A DNA stretch of 64,000 nucleotides from Octopus vulgaris (Eukaryota), in the NCBI GenBank assembly GCA_951406725.2, contig OX597816.1:41974001-42038000 (forward strand). Reading direction: 5' to 3'. Numbering within the stretch: position 1 is the first letter of the stretch; every line of letters begins with the position of its first letter. A program made the translations under genes and the position numbers. This document shows, piece after piece, positions 40,632 to 53,956 of this stretch. The notes under the pieces were generated by a model. It saw nothing but the letters and a program-made list of their open reading frames with translations. It had not been told where the DNA came from and made no database searches.

Positions 40632-40823
40632 ATCATCATCATCATCATCATCATCGTTTAGCGTCCGCTTTCCATGCTAGCATGGGTTGGACGGGTCAAC
40701 TGGGGTCTGTGAAGCTGGAAGGCTTCGTCAGGCCCAGTCAGATCTGGCAGTGTTTCTACGGTTGGATGCCCTTCCTAACGCCAACCACTCCGCGAGTGTA
40801 GTGGGTGTTTTTTACGTGCCACC
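40632..40823 (-). mobile_element. SINE-like 3' fragment with (GAT)n tail
   Basis: Plus strand CATCATC...GTTTAGCGTCCGCTTTCCATGCTAGCATGGG...GGATGCCCTTCCTAACGCCAACC; resembles an RTE-partner SINE tail (from memory). Confidence 0.7.
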
Positions 40824-40861
40824 TGTGTATATATATATATATGTGTGTGTGTGTACATATA

Positions 40862-41273
40862 GCGCAGGAGTGGCTGTGTGGTAAGTAGCTTGTTTAACAA
40901 CCGCATTGTTCCGTGTTCAGTCCCACTTCGTGGCACCTTGGGCGGGTGTCTTCTACTATAGCCTCGGGCCGACCAAAGCCTTGTGAGTGGATTTGGTAGA
41001 CGGAAACTGAAAGAAGCCTGTCGTATATATGTATATATATGTATATGTATGTGTGTGTTTGTGTGTCTCTGTTTGTCCCCCTAGCATTGCTTGACAACCG
41101 ATGCTGGTGTGTTTACGTCTCCGTTACTTAGGGGTTCGGCAAAAGAGACCGATAGAATAAGTACTGGGCTTACAAAGAATAAGTCCCTGGGTCGATTTGC
41201 TCGACTAAAAGCGGTGCTCCAGCATGGCCGCAGTCAAATGACTGAAACAAGTGAAAGAGTAAAAGAGTAAGGA

Positions 41274-41274
<1 letters not shown>
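40862..41274 (+). mobile_element. SINE family A, full length
   Basis: tRNA-like head GCGCAGGAGTGGCTGTGTGGTAAG...GTTCAGTCCC, internal microsatellite and AAAAGAGT repeat tail. Confidence 0.92.
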
Positions 41275-41344
<70 letters not shown>

Positions 41345-42179
41345 CATATACTCACGCACATTGTTGTTCAACTCGTTATTATCCAAATTTCTTTGAGTGC
41401 GCCTGCAATCATTGAAGTATGACCAACCGGAAACCGAAATCTCGTGTCATAATTCAAGTGATGCTACTCATTACCATACAAATATTTTCCGAAACTCTAT
41501 ATGAAGTTTATGTATTTTGTTAATTCTGGAAAACATACACGGATGTAAGTGTATAAATGTTTGCGTACGTTAAGGAAATGAAAATAAGTAAGGAGATCAA
41601 TATTTACTTTGTTCATAAAAAAAACATTTTCTAAACATATTTAAGGAGAAAAAGAAGAATGTTCGCGTGTAATTTCCAGTGTCTTTGTCTAAGACTGTAA
41701 CAAGACATACCGAAAATATAAAGAAACCTAAAGATTGCAAAAGAAAAGAAAAACATCATAAATAAAGAAAAGAGAAAGATAATAGCAACTACGTTCATTT
41801 CAATACGAGCATAACATTCTTTAGTATTGTCTAGATAATATAATGGATACATGATCACTAAGCGAGAAGAAAATAAAATCCAACTAATACCCCATTTTGA
41901 TTCGGTTTCCTGGATGCACTAGATATACGAAGACAAATTTAATTTTCATCACAGCACATACATACATCCATAAATAGATTTTTTGAAGTAGCAGATGCCA
42001 AAAAGAGACAACTCTCACGCAGTTACAAATTGAAGAGTCCTTTCTATGTATTCGCGATCTTGGCCTTTGGGTGACGAAGAATTAAATTTAAAACCAGTTC
42101 GAATATATTCCAAAGATATTTTATCAGTTAAAAATTGTACAGGTTTAGAAATCCTTACATGTATCTCCATCTATCTATC

Positions 42180-42264
<85 letters not shown>

Positions 42265-42278
42265 ACCTACCTACCTAC

Positions 42279-42313
<35 letters not shown>

Positions 42314-42384
42314 CCTATCTATCTATCTATCCATCTCTCTATCTATTTATTTATCTACGTATCTATATCTATCTAAGATGCAAT

Positions 42385-42590
42385 AATCCTTTGGATTAAA
42401 GGCACAAGGGCAGCAATTTAGTGATAGGCCGTTAGTCGATTATATGTACCCGTAACTCAAATAGTATTTATTTCATTAACTCCGAGAGATTAAAGGCAAA
42501 ATCGACATCGGCGTAATTTGCAGTCAGAATGTAAAGACGGACAAATTGCATACGGGCATTTTGTTCAGTATACTAAATTTTCTGACCTTC
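42385..42590 (-). mobile_element. Degenerate SINE family B
   Basis: Plus strand AAAGGCAAAATCGACATCGGCGTAATTTGCAGTCAGAATG is the reverse complement of the family B body. Confidence 0.6.
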
Positions 42591-44614
42591 TAACGATTAT
42601 TATTGGAGTTAATAATTAAGAAATTGTTCAGGCGTACATGTATGTAATTACTACCGTTAGCTCAGAATTATTTCTGACTACATTGTGCTGGTTTTTATTC
42701 TAGCCGTCTACCCTGCAGCACATCACACTGTTCATCTACGTATAACAATTCAGCTGACAAAATACACCGCCCACACAAAATATTTCAATATATTCCTGTT
42801 CTGTGACTGGAATGCGACACGAAATTGTTTTCTAGCATAAGACTTTTCAACTACCACGAAGAGCCTTTTTGTTTTATTTTCATTAGTACCTAAAAATATG
42901 GTTCTAACAAGATTTAGTGGAAAAATGCTTGTGTATCTTACGACTCTCTTTGCACGCACAGACACACACTCACATGTATATACATGCATATACATTTATC
43001 TATATATGCCTTCATTTGTACGTGTATAAATGTGTATGTCTGCATCTGCCCGTGTGTCTGTATTCGTGTTTACGTGAGAGTCGATCGTTTGGAGTAAATT
43101 AGTATATGTATTCGGCTGTGATACAGTTTTCATTTATTACAACCGTTACGCTCAATGTTAGTGTTTTCTCTTATCTTGTTATATTCTTACAAAATAAAAG
43201 ACTAAAATTTATAGCTGGCAGAATAAAATAAACAATATCGTATTCACTTCAGATTAGCATCTTACGTCATGTTTATCTAAAATCAGATTATAAGAAGTAG
43301 GAAGTGAATAAAATAACACTAAAACATATATATTATAAAAGGAAAGGGGAAAAAACCAAATTAGTTCGGAAGTTGTGAATACATATATATATATGTATGT
43401 ATACTTTTTGCGCTACTGGCATAACGTTCATACAAGATCTGCAGATAGTCTTATTTCTTGGAATGCAGATTAGTGTGAATAAGAAAGAAACAAATGTATT
43501 TCATTTCGGTTTTTCGAAAATGGATTAGAATGTAGATGTTTTTAGACTTGATGCAAGCCTTAATATATTGCATTAGCACTTAAGCTCTGCGGATCTGGGA
43601 AACAAATTTATTTTACACATTTCTAGATTTTCAGAGCAGAATATGTATTTATGTATATTCTCTCAGCAGCACATATCGATTTCCTACTTAGTAACATATC
43701 TTCACTTTCATAAGGAACAAAACTGAGATTTTGAAATATACTTTAGGAAATAGCTAATAGCTCATATTTATGATTTGGTCCGTTATTACATATAACAAGT
43801 TTAACTACTAAATTAGCTATTAAATTTTAATTTATCCTACCTAGTGTACAATATTTATTTCTTGATGGTTCGAACAATTCTAAAATTTCTGGAACTTATA
43901 TTTTTAAAGAACGTGAGATATACTGTAGGGAGGATGAAATTGTCTTTATTCAACCTAAAATGAAACAAATTCAATATTGTGAAATAATGTTGTAAATTAT
44001 TGTAAGTCTGCTTTACTTTTTACATGTCCTCAAATATATCAATTACAAGAGCATTTGTATCTACAGTAGCTCAGTAGAACAAAGCATGCCTAACTGCCGT
44101 CTCTTGCCGCTGGGTATAGTTAAATAAGTAGTATCACGCTAATTGATGAATGTTCCAATAGAGATGTGAGTAGATATAAGCAACACACTGGCCAAACAAA
44201 CAACGAGGATGCCGCAGCGAGAGCAAGAGGTGACTGCCCTTGCATCCTGGTTGATTCTTTTAACAGCTTGTTGAGTGTTCCTCAATAATAGAAAGTGTCA
44301 TCCAATCCAGGATCGAACTTGCGAATTTATGTTGTTAATCAAATACCCTGATCAATGAAATTATATTTCTTTTTATGCTACTCTGCATATTTGACTCTGC
44401 ATATTTGACTATCCATAAATAATAATAAAATTAAAATTATATTTCAACTGAATACTAACGGAAGACGAAATAATTTATCTTCATCGCCCCTTGTGGGTAA
44501 TAAAAAAATCAGAAATAATTTATCTTGCTTAGCTTCGTGTGATTTCTCGTCCAGCTAACCGATGTCCAAATGCTTTTATTTCATTACACCACGACTTTTC
44601 TTGCACAGCATATG

Positions 44615-44874
44615 CAGGGTGTTCAAAAAATCTCTCCGCACTAAGTATCGCAAAACAAATATTTATAAGATGGTATAAGACTACAAAAGAATATATTAGA
44701 CTTTACAAGAATTTAAAAGAAAAAACTTTACACGAGGTGTTGAAAGTGTTGTCCTTCATTTTCCATACATAAGTTGACTCATTTGTACATTTTGAAACAC
44801 GTCTCAGAGAGTCTGACTCTTGGAGAATCAGGATGAAAAAAAATTCACTGCGGAGAGACTTTTTGAACACTCTC
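44615..44874. mobile_element. Mariner-derived MITE
   Basis: TIRs CAGGGTGTTCAAAAAATCTCTCCGCA / TGCGGAGAGACTTTTTGAACACTCT. Confidence 0.75.
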
Positions 44875-46083
44875 CATATGAGACATTGAAATATTCCTTC
44901 TCATATTTTCTATGATCGCATGAATTTCTTTGTGTAGAATATCAGGTCGTTTGGTAATGTATAAAGACGATGTGGGTGATAAAGCACACGCCAACTTGTC
45001 AATTCCAAGTTTATAACAGAGAAATTGAATATTCCGGTAATTATAATGATTCGAAATTGTGTTCTGTGCAGGAACAGTGAAATGACTTCTTCGAATAGTA
45101 CATATCTAGCCAACAAAACTAACCAAACAACCAACCAGTGAAAAGTCGATTCTCTGGTAATGAAATTAATGATCCATTAGATATTTCTAAAAGATTTTCA
45201 AGCTTGACATTGTTCACAAATAATTTAAATCAGTTCTCAACAACATGCAAAAAAGTCTATTGTAGTAATTAAATAATTAAGAATACTAGATTATTTCTAC
45301 ATTACACGTAAATTTTTTAATAGACCAAAATAAACTCACCAGAATCGTTGCAACTTGAGGTAAGGAATGAGTAGTCTAACAATCATTAGATTTCTAGTCA
45401 TGTCATCTGGTGTCTCGGTACTAGAGTTGACTGAGATTTATGTCCCCACTAACTGTATTAGCAAACTAATATGAGAGTTTCTCTTGTGATAACCACTGCA
45501 GTATAATTTGTTCTGAAGGAACGACCACGTTTAAGTGGGGCTAAATATTATCTCTTGGTATTAATACTTTCGCGAATAAATATTTTCTATTGATAATGTA
45601 TAAAGAGTAACTGCTAATCCTGACAATGATTTGCATTGCATCGATATTTATGGTAGCCCTTCGGCATGTAATATTCAAATTCTCCTAGTCATATAAAACT
45701 TATTTTAAATATCAATTGAATAGAGTCTCTACTGTACTCGAAAGCGAAGACGGAGCGTAGCCGTTTCAACGATGGTTACATGGAACGAATGATTGAATAC
45801 TGGACCACGTTTGGGGAGAGCATGTTGTGGCACACAAGGCAAACAGAAAATTATACACTCACAACTATACACACAAACAAACCAACACATAAGTCCACAC
45901 ACACATACACACAAGCACACAAACATACACACTGACACACCACCCGCAGAAATATTTCTGATAGACATAACCGTTTATTAGTTGTACACGATTACCATGA
46001 ACACTTTCCACCTCGTCAAACAAATAGAAGAGCAGATGCTCTCGCTTTCTCCCCCTCTCTCTCTTTCTCTCCATTTATGTATG

Positions 46084-46145
<62 letters not shown>

Positions 46146-47150
46146 AGATAGGGGGATACACATATATGTACATACACACACATACAAACAAAAATACTCA
46201 GTTGTTGATATTGAAATTCCAATGAATGAGCCTTGGAACTAGGTTAGAAACCGGCTCTTTCTCTATTGGCAAGAAATCTTGAAACAAAACTGAACAATGA
46301 CAAACTTACATTATATATACATAATGCCTGCATGCATGCATACATGCATACATACAAACCAACCTGCACGCACACATACAGGCATCCATCCATCCATCCA
46401 TCCATCCATCCATCCATCCATACATACATACATTCATACATACATACATACGTACATACATACATAGGTAAGTCGGCACTTTGATAAGGTGGTGAGAACC
46501 AGAGCAACAATACAACAAAAGAAACAGTAAGAAGTTTGATGCCAAATAAATATGCGTTGATTTATCGACGCCAATTAGGCGGGGCCAAAATTGCTGTGGA
46601 AGAAAACGTCTCATTACGCTAATATTTAGTTAATTTGTAATCGTAGACTTGTCTGACAGTCAGTATGCATATAAATACTCACTAGTTGTATTACCGTAGT
46701 AAGAGACATATGGTTCAAGATTTACAAAATGTAATATATCATAACAAAATATCATAAATAAAAAACTGTTTTGGTATTTGGATGCCGTTATTATCCTTTA
46801 ATTCTTTATCCAAATATATGTTACTGGCAGGTAATTTTGAAACAACATTCTATATACAGTTTTAATTAAATGCTATTTAATGTAAAATTTAACTTCAATT
46901 TACTCGATACTTAGAAATTAGTTCAACTAACGCGATCTCTGTGCGTTCAGTTAATGAGTTGTCATTTGCGATTTCTGCCGAACATATATATATATGGATA
47001 TTTATACATACGGTGTTTAATAAATCTAAAATACTGACATATCAGCTCGGTGTTACACAACTTAAAGGAAAGAGATATTAAATTACATATCAATACTATT
47101 AGGGAGTAAGTCTTCGCACGTAGATTTTGCAGTATGAGCATATTTACTGT

Positions 47151-47435
47151 AAACAATTGCAGCGTGGAAGGTGTTTGTAAGCCATTTAAGAAACACACAA
47201 AAGCCTTTCGATTCACTTCAACATTTAAGTTTAATTTGTATGTTCGTCGCTTTAAGACCGCGACCTGTTCACTGACAAAAATCCGTGCTGCATCTCATTT
47301 TTTGTCAGTGAACAGGTCGTGGTCTTAAAGCGACGAAAATATTTTGACAAATTAAACTTAAATATTGAAGTGAATCGAACGGCTTTTGTGTGTTTCTTAA
47401 ATGGCTTACAAACACCTTCCACGCTGCAATTGTTT
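47151..47435. repeat. Long fold-back inverted repeat (about 130-bp arms), PLE-terminus-like
   Basis: AAACAATTGCAGCGTGGAAGG...CACTGACAAAAA, a 16-nt loop, then the reverse complement. Confidence 0.92.
47301..47351 (+). ncRNA. Minimal type I hammerhead ribozyme-like motif with G3-C8 core variant
   Basis: TTTGTCA / GTGAACA-G / GTCGT..GCGAC / GAAA / ATATTT / TGACAAA gives stems I and II and a palindromic helix III. Confidence 0.6.
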
Positions 47436-47640
47436 TCGTTTCAGCACACGATCTCAGATCAAATCCCTTGCTATGCAAGTACATCTCCGTAACATATTTA
47501 CTGTAGTTCCACACATATGTGCATACCCAGGGAGAGAAAAAATGTATTCTTGCTGATTCTTTTTTCGTAGATGATGTAGATTCACCATATTTTGCAACAA
47601 TGAGTATGCCTTCATATATGTAAAACTAGTATAAATATAT

Positions 47641-47980
47641 AGGCGTGGATGCACGGAATGTTGTTTGTTTCCCCTTCATACGGTTCCGGGCTCAGTCTCA
47701 TTGCGTGGCCAAGCGTCTCTTACTATAACATCGAGCCTACCAAAGCCATATGAATGGATTTGTGAGTATGTATGTGTATGTGCGTGTGTCTCTGTGTCTG
47801 TTGCTTCTTCACCACTCGAGAGCTGGCGTTCGTGTTTAAGAAACCCATAGAAGAAACCCATAGAAAAGGTGTTAGGTTTTTAAATAGATAAATACTGGGG
47901 AAGATCGTTTGACTAAAAGTCTTTAAGGTGGAGCGTCAACATGACCGCAATCTGGTGGATGAAACAAATAACAAGTAAAA
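47641..47980 (+). mobile_element. Degenerate SINE family A
   Basis: GGTTCCGGGCTCAGTC...CCAAAGCC...GACTAAAAG...CATGACCGCA. Confidence 0.65.
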
Positions 47981-48434
47981 CTTACAAGATATAAGCGTCT
48001 AAGACATTAGTAATGATCCCATGACAGCCTTTCTGTGCTATGAAGCGGGTTGGCCATTCGGTATAAATATTAAAGTGCTTTATATTGTCTGTCATGTAGT
48101 AAACGCTGTAAACCCATTAGGAATGTCATTATATCTATCTATAGTATGGTTTCTATTCTCTATACGCTGCTGTATATTTTAAATCTATTGCTACAACTCT
48201 CATCTCTTGTGTTAGCATTGTATGGCAATTAATTCTGTGACAAGAATTCGTGCTATGTGCAGGTATTACATACTAAGAGTATACCCGTATTTTTCATGTT
48301 TCAATCTTTCCACACGCTGTCCTAATGTCTTCGTTTAGGAGTAATTTCCATTGCTTTTCCTTGATCCCAAATATGTGAATAAACGCAATATATTGTATTT
48401 ACATATGTTTGGTAAAGCAAAAATATTTTTGAAT

Positions 48435-48493
<59 letters not shown>

Positions 48494-48494
48494 C

Positions 48495-48532
<38 letters not shown>

Positions 48533-48699
48533 GCATATATACATACATATATGTACATATTACACACACATATATATATATATATATATGTGTGTGAGTG
48601 TGTGTGTGTGTACGTGTGTGTGTACGTGTGTGTGTGTCTATATTCAATTATAGTAAAAAAAAACAATTTTACAAAGTCCAGATAGGATGCTCTTTACTT

Positions 48700-49420
48700 T
48701 TGTAAAACACACATTTGTTATACTCAAACAAGAATGTTTTTGACCCTGTGTTCCAAGTTTCGGCCAGCTAACTCACGCTGGTCTACGATGCATTAGCGCC
48801 AATCTTGACTTTATATAATCTCTGTTGAGTTAAAATCTTCCTTGGATGTGTGGGTTTGAGTGGAGTGATTATTGGGACTTTATGGTTGGTTGTCATAGAG
48901 ATGTGTTTGGATTAATTTTTATTGATCAAATGTGTGTCTATGTTAATGTTTAGAATATATAGATAAGTGTAGAACTTTGTAAATTAATGTGTAGGTGTTT
49001 CTTTTGTTTGATAGTCAAAGTGTGTGACAGTATTATTGTTGCTTTTGGTATTATTAGATTTAATCCTTTTGCTTTGACAATGTTAATGTCAAAGATACAA
49101 TGTCCAGTATAGAGTAATTGGGTGTGTGAAATTTTTTTCACAAAAATTTAGTTAGGCAGTAAGAGTTAGCTGGTCATTTCTTCAGTTGCTTTGTAGGGTG
49201 TAAGGTTGAGGTTATTAATCAGGTATGTTATGGATTTGTTAGTATAGAAAACTGTCTCTCATGTGCTTTGGTGTTCACGGGCAAAGGTAGTACATCTATA
49301 TGATATTCTCTCCGTGTTCATTGTTCTATCAGCAATTTGATTTGTAAATAGGGACTTTAACCTTCGCGTTTAACTGTTGTTTGTTTATAAATTATTTTCA
49401 AATTCTTTGCTAGATATTCG
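48700..49420 (-). mobile_element. Probable decayed PLE RT C-terminal remnant
   Basis: Minus strand IDVLPLPVNTK...TSTLHPTKQLKK resembles PFLDV...SxHP. A stem plus GAAAC lies near 48760. Confidence 0.35.
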
Positions 49421-50688
49421 CTATAATGGAACTGATATAGAACGTGTGTATATATCCATTAAAGTAATTGGAACAAATATAAAATAAAATATAATAGAAT
49501 TTAAAAAAATATGAGCAAAAGTATTAAATCCAATAATATCAACAGCAACAAAAATACTGTCACAACTTGCGCCTGCCTAACAATAGAGAAAACACAAATA
49601 TTTACAAATTCTACATGAATGAATTAATTCTAAACGGTAACATTCATAAAAATTTCTCCAAAGCACCATTCCATAACAACCAAACGTACAAACGTAGTTA
49701 CCACAACACCCAAATCTACAAACACATGGAATATTTTCTGTTTCCAGTAAGAAATCCTTTACTGAAAATAGTCTTGCGATATCTAAGCACATGAATGCAT
49801 AGTCTAGTACACAAACCATTTTCTTTTTATAATCACACTGTTTTAAAAGAATATACAGGAATAGACATTCTCACTCTGGTTTTATTGACGTAAATGCACT
49901 GCCGAACGTAACCAAGATATCAGATGTTCCCTAAATATTTAAATTCTACGAGAACTTCTCTTTTAGTAAAGGTAAACCAAAAACCACATGAACAAAGGTA
50001 AAAAATAACTCATAGTAAATACGAACACCAAACTAATGTATCCCATATTTAGTTGCCTAACGAATATTGCAGATTTGATACCTGGGTACTACTGTTCAGT
50101 CAGATGATATTGCAGTGTTAAAAATTATATACTGCTGGTCTGGAACTAATAAACAATAAGCAGAGGTTTTCGCAATATGTCCATTACATTTACACTTGTT
50201 TGTTACACAAATACAAACACCGAATATTCAACATAAATACTTACGCACATAAACATTTAACATTTATCCCCATTTAAACGTGGATGCCCTGTGAGAACAA
50301 ACTTTATTGCGGTAGATACCATGAGAAACACTCTCATATGCAAAACTGTACACTTGTTTATATATCAAACAGGAAGGTAAGTCTCCACAATTTCCAACGT
50401 TGAGACCGTCAGTTCACGTGATTTCAACCTTCTTTTATCTCGTCACTGATGAACAATTTTTGATCACAAAATAAGTAGGCAGAGAGTGGGAAGGAAAATT
50501 AACTAGCGGTGTGAACATATTAATTCGAGGAGACATTACGGAAAATAAATATATATTGATATGAAATAGTATACAAAATGACAACCTAATATATTTGTTA
50601 GTTGTGACATTTGTAGAGCATTGTGAGTTCTAAAGTAGCTCATCAGGTTAAAACTTTGACTACTAAATTCATGATATATATATTCTTT

Positions 50689-51070
50689 TGGAAGCACTCC
50701 GTCGGTTACGACGATGAGGGTTCCGGTTGATCCGATCAACGGAACAGCCTGCTCGTGAAATTAACGTGTAAGTGGCTGAGCACTCCACAGACACGTGCAC
50801 CCTTAACGTAGTTCTCGGGGATATTCAGCGTGACACAGAGAGTGACAAGGCCGGCCCTTTGAAATACAGGTACAACAGAAACAGGAAGTAAGAGTGAGAG
50901 AAAGTTGTGGTGAAAGAGTACAGCAGGGATCACCACCATCCCTGCCGGAACCTCGTGGAGCTTTAGATGTTTTTCGCTCAATAAACACTCACAACGCCCG
51001 GTCTGGGAATTGAAACCGCGATCCTACGACCGCGTGTCCGCTGCCCTAACCACTGGGCCATTGCGCCTCC
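50689..51070 (-). mobile_element. OR-like tRNA SINE, full length with 14-bp TSD
   Basis: Near-identical to 4327-4707. TSD CATGATATATATAT at 50670-50683 and 51072-51085. Confidence 0.92.
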
Positions 51071-51667
51071 ACATGATATATATATATAAACATTGTACAG
51101 CATGTGAGAGATGCGGTGATGTTGAAAGTCAACGATGTGTTCGTACAACTCCGTTTAAATCACGTTGTAATCCAATCGTAGAAAATATTGTTACACCGTT
51201 TCAGTTGTGGTTATTAACACTGTATCTTGATTCTAGAGTGATAATTGAAGTTTATTCTGAAAACGACCCATAAATACAAGAATATGGCTCGACTGTCTAC
51301 AGTAGCTGACGTGTGTCACAAGTAGTTTTGTATTTAGTCACCGCAAATAAATACAGAGTATAAACAGAAAATGTTAATGATCTCCACAGTTATGCTAACG
51401 GTATACGTTAGGTCTACTGAAAGAAAAATGTGCGAGGTGTAAATACAAGCAAGGTAACGATTCAGGAATATACTGGTCGTTTAGTATAAGTATTTCAGCA
51501 TACAAGTTAGTGATAAGAAGACCATGATGGTCTTTGATCTTTAAAATATATATAGATAAACTTAGATAAACTTAGATATGTTTCGACCAGAGATTGGTCC
51601 AGGCCATGTCTAACTTAATAGCACCACCTGATAGGATTATTCGAATCCTGTTTAAGTCAAGTTTTGT

Positions 51668-53956
51668 TCAAGTAGTGAGTTCTTGTTGGGTGAGTTGTAT
51701 CCAGTTTTGTTCAAGTAGTGAGTTCTTGTTGGGTGAGTTGTATCCAATTATGGGTGGCTTGTCTGGTATTCTTTGAAGGAATCTATCCAGACTCTGTTTG
51801 AAGTTGATGGGATCCTTTTCCTCTTTGATCTCCCTCGGGACAATGTTAAATAGGGCAGGGCCTGTTGAGGAAAAGAAATTATGTTGCAGTGTACATGTAT
51901 GTTGTGATCTTGAATTTGGCAGGGGACGTATAGCCCGTGGTCCAAGTCTCGGATGAACCTTGAAGCTAATGTTTAGGTCGTTTGGGCAAAGTTGGCGGTA
52001 TATTTTCCACATCGTACAAATGATGTACCGCTCACGGCGACGCTGGAGGGAGTAAAGTTTCAAGGCTTTAAGGCGATCCCAATAGTCGAGAGCAGCCATG
52101 CCTTCAATTTGTTTAGTGAGTGCCCTCTGGGGTGACTCAATTCTGGAGATGTTTTGTCTTGTGTGAGGAGACCACAGTGGGCAGCAGTATTCAAGGTGTG
52201 GCCGTACAAAGGATGAAAAAAGTGGTATGATGACACCTTGTTCTCTGGACCGGAAAGTTCTTAAGATCCAGGAACTCATCCTACGAGCTGTATCGACCTT
52301 CTTGTTGATGTGTGCGCTCCAACTGAGATCGTCATCAACAATTACACCCAGGTCTCTGATATTGTTAGAGGCTGTGAGCGGTTCCCCTGAAGGAAGAGAG
52401 TATGGTTGTTTTAGTGAGGAATTTCTTCCAAAATGCATCAGCTCAAATTTTCCCTCATTCAGTTGCATTTTGTTTCTGTCTGCCCATTGACTCACAGCAT
52501 ATAGGTCAGACTGGAGTTGAGTTCGGTCTGCTTCTTCATTGACGATTTGCTGGAGCTTAGTGTCATCAGCAAATATTTTCACTTTGCAGTGATGTACGAC
52601 ACTGGAAAGGTCGTTTACATAAATTATGAAGAGTAGCGGACCCAAAACAGTTCCCTGGGGAACACCGCTGGTGACTTTTGCTGGGTTTGAGTGGACTCCA
52701 TCAACTACAACATGTTGTGTTCTATTCGCTAGGAAATACTGAATCCAGTGTAGAACTTTTCCACGTATTCCAAAATTTGCCAATTTTGAGAGTAGGATGT
52801 TATGGTCTACCCTGTCGAACGCTTTACTGAAGTCAAGGTATATGACGTCAGAGTTCGAACCTGTTCCCAAGGCTTTGAGTACATCTTCAATGTGGTGTAA
52901 GAGCTGTGTTAGACAGTCCCTGCCACAGCGAAAGCCATGTTGATTTGAATTCAGGAGTTTGTGGGTCTCCAGGAAGTCAGCTATCCTTGATCTTAACACT
53001 CTTTCAAACACTTTAATGATGTGGGAGGTGAGTGAGATTGGGCGATAGTTGACTGCGAGGGATCTGTTTCCCTGTTTGAAAACCGGGATGACCGACTGGG
53101 ATAGAAACTTTTTCGGTATATAACCTGCGTCTAACGAGTTTCTCCAGAGGTTGGTCAGAGGGACTGCAAGTTGATATCTACATTCCTTCAGGAGACTGGC
53201 GGGAAATCTATCAGGGCCTACAGCGGAGTAATGTTTGACCTCATTTATTGCTGCTACGATGTCGGTGGCAGTGAAGGTTATGTCTGCGATTTTGTGTTGG
53301 GAGTCAGCTTCGTTCGTTTCCCTCACATCAATATCAGTGGGAACACTGAAGACAGAGCAATATTGTTTCTGCAGTATTTCTGCCATTTCTTTAGCATCGT
53401 GTTGGGGAATGCCGTTTTCATCAATCAATGGCCCAATAAGTGAGACAGTGGTTCTATGCTTATTTGCATAAGAATAGAACACTTTTGGGTTCTGTTTGAT
53501 GTTTTTGATTACCCATTGTTCCTCCACAGCTCTTTGATTTTCAATGGAGGTTTTCATGTTAGTCTGCAGATGAAGTTTTTCCAGCTCTAGTCTTTTCATT
53601 GTTGTTGAATGTGGATGTTGCGTGTGGGAATATTTTAATTGGTTGATTTTTTTGTTGAGTCTTTTGATGCGCCTGATGAGTGTTTTTTTCTTTTTAGGGA
53701 GCCGGTTTCTGTTTGTGTTAGTAGATTTCTTGGGAGCGTGTTTAGAGCATGTGTCGGTGACAATGGTTTCAAAGTGCTGCCACGCGGTCTCAATATGAGG
53801 GGAATTGAGAGTAAAAGACCAGTCGATGGAAGACAGATCCTTTCTGATTGTTCCCCAGTCCGCTTTGTGGAAATTTATGTTGTCAAATGGGTGCCATGGA
53901 GTGGGATTGGCTGGTTTGGTTTTTATACGTCGGGAATTAAGATTGCAGAGTACCAT
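51668..53956 (-). CDS. LINE ORF2 reverse transcriptase part (762 aa)
   Basis: Uninterrupted ORF with the non-LTR RT motifs listed above. Confidence 0.9.
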   Translation of the reverse strand: MVLCNLNSRRIKTKPANPTPWHPFDNINFHKADWGTIRKDLSSIDWSFTLNSPHIETAWQHFETIVTDTCSKHAPKKSTNTNRNRLPKKKKTLIRRIKRLNKKINQLKYSHTQHPHSTTMKRLELEKLHLQTNMKTSIENQRAVEEQWVIKNIKQNPKVFYSYANKHRTTVSLIGPLIDENGIPQHDAKEMAEILQKQYCSVFSVPTDIDVRETNEADSQHKIADITFTATDIVAAINEVKHYSAVGPDRFPASLLKECRYQLAVPLTNLWRNSLDAGYIPKKFLSQSVIPVFKQGNRSLAVNYRPISLTSHIIKVFERVLRSRIADFLETHKLLNSNQHGFRCGRDCLTQLLHHIEDVLKALGTGSNSDVIYLDFSKAFDRVDHNILLSKLANFGIRGKVLHWIQYFLANRTQHVVVDGVHSNPAKVTSGVPQGTVLGPLLFIIYVNDLSSVVHHCKVKIFADDTKLQQIVNEEADRTQLQSDLYAVSQWADRNKMQLNEGKFELMHFGRNSSLKQPYSLPSGEPLTASNNIRDLGVIVDDDLSWSAHINKKVDTARRMSSWILRTFRSREQGVIIPLFSSFVRPHLEYCCPLWSPHTRQNISRIESPQRALTKQIEGMAALDYWDRLKALKLYSLQRRRERYIICTMWKIYRQLCPNDLNISFKVHPRLGPRAIRPLPNSRSQHTCTLQHNFFSSTGPALFNIVPREIKEEKDPINFKQSLDRFLQRIPDKPPIIGYNSPNKNSLLEQNWIQLTQQELTT

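Noticed and set aside
48750-48795. Hammerhead-like stem followed by GAAAC on the minus strand
   Set aside because: Core is unrecognisable; at most a dead remnant.
51575-51610. Hammerhead at the CR1 3' end (stem plus GAAAC)
   Set aside because: No CUGANGA-like core; better explained as the LINE 3' recognition stem-loop.
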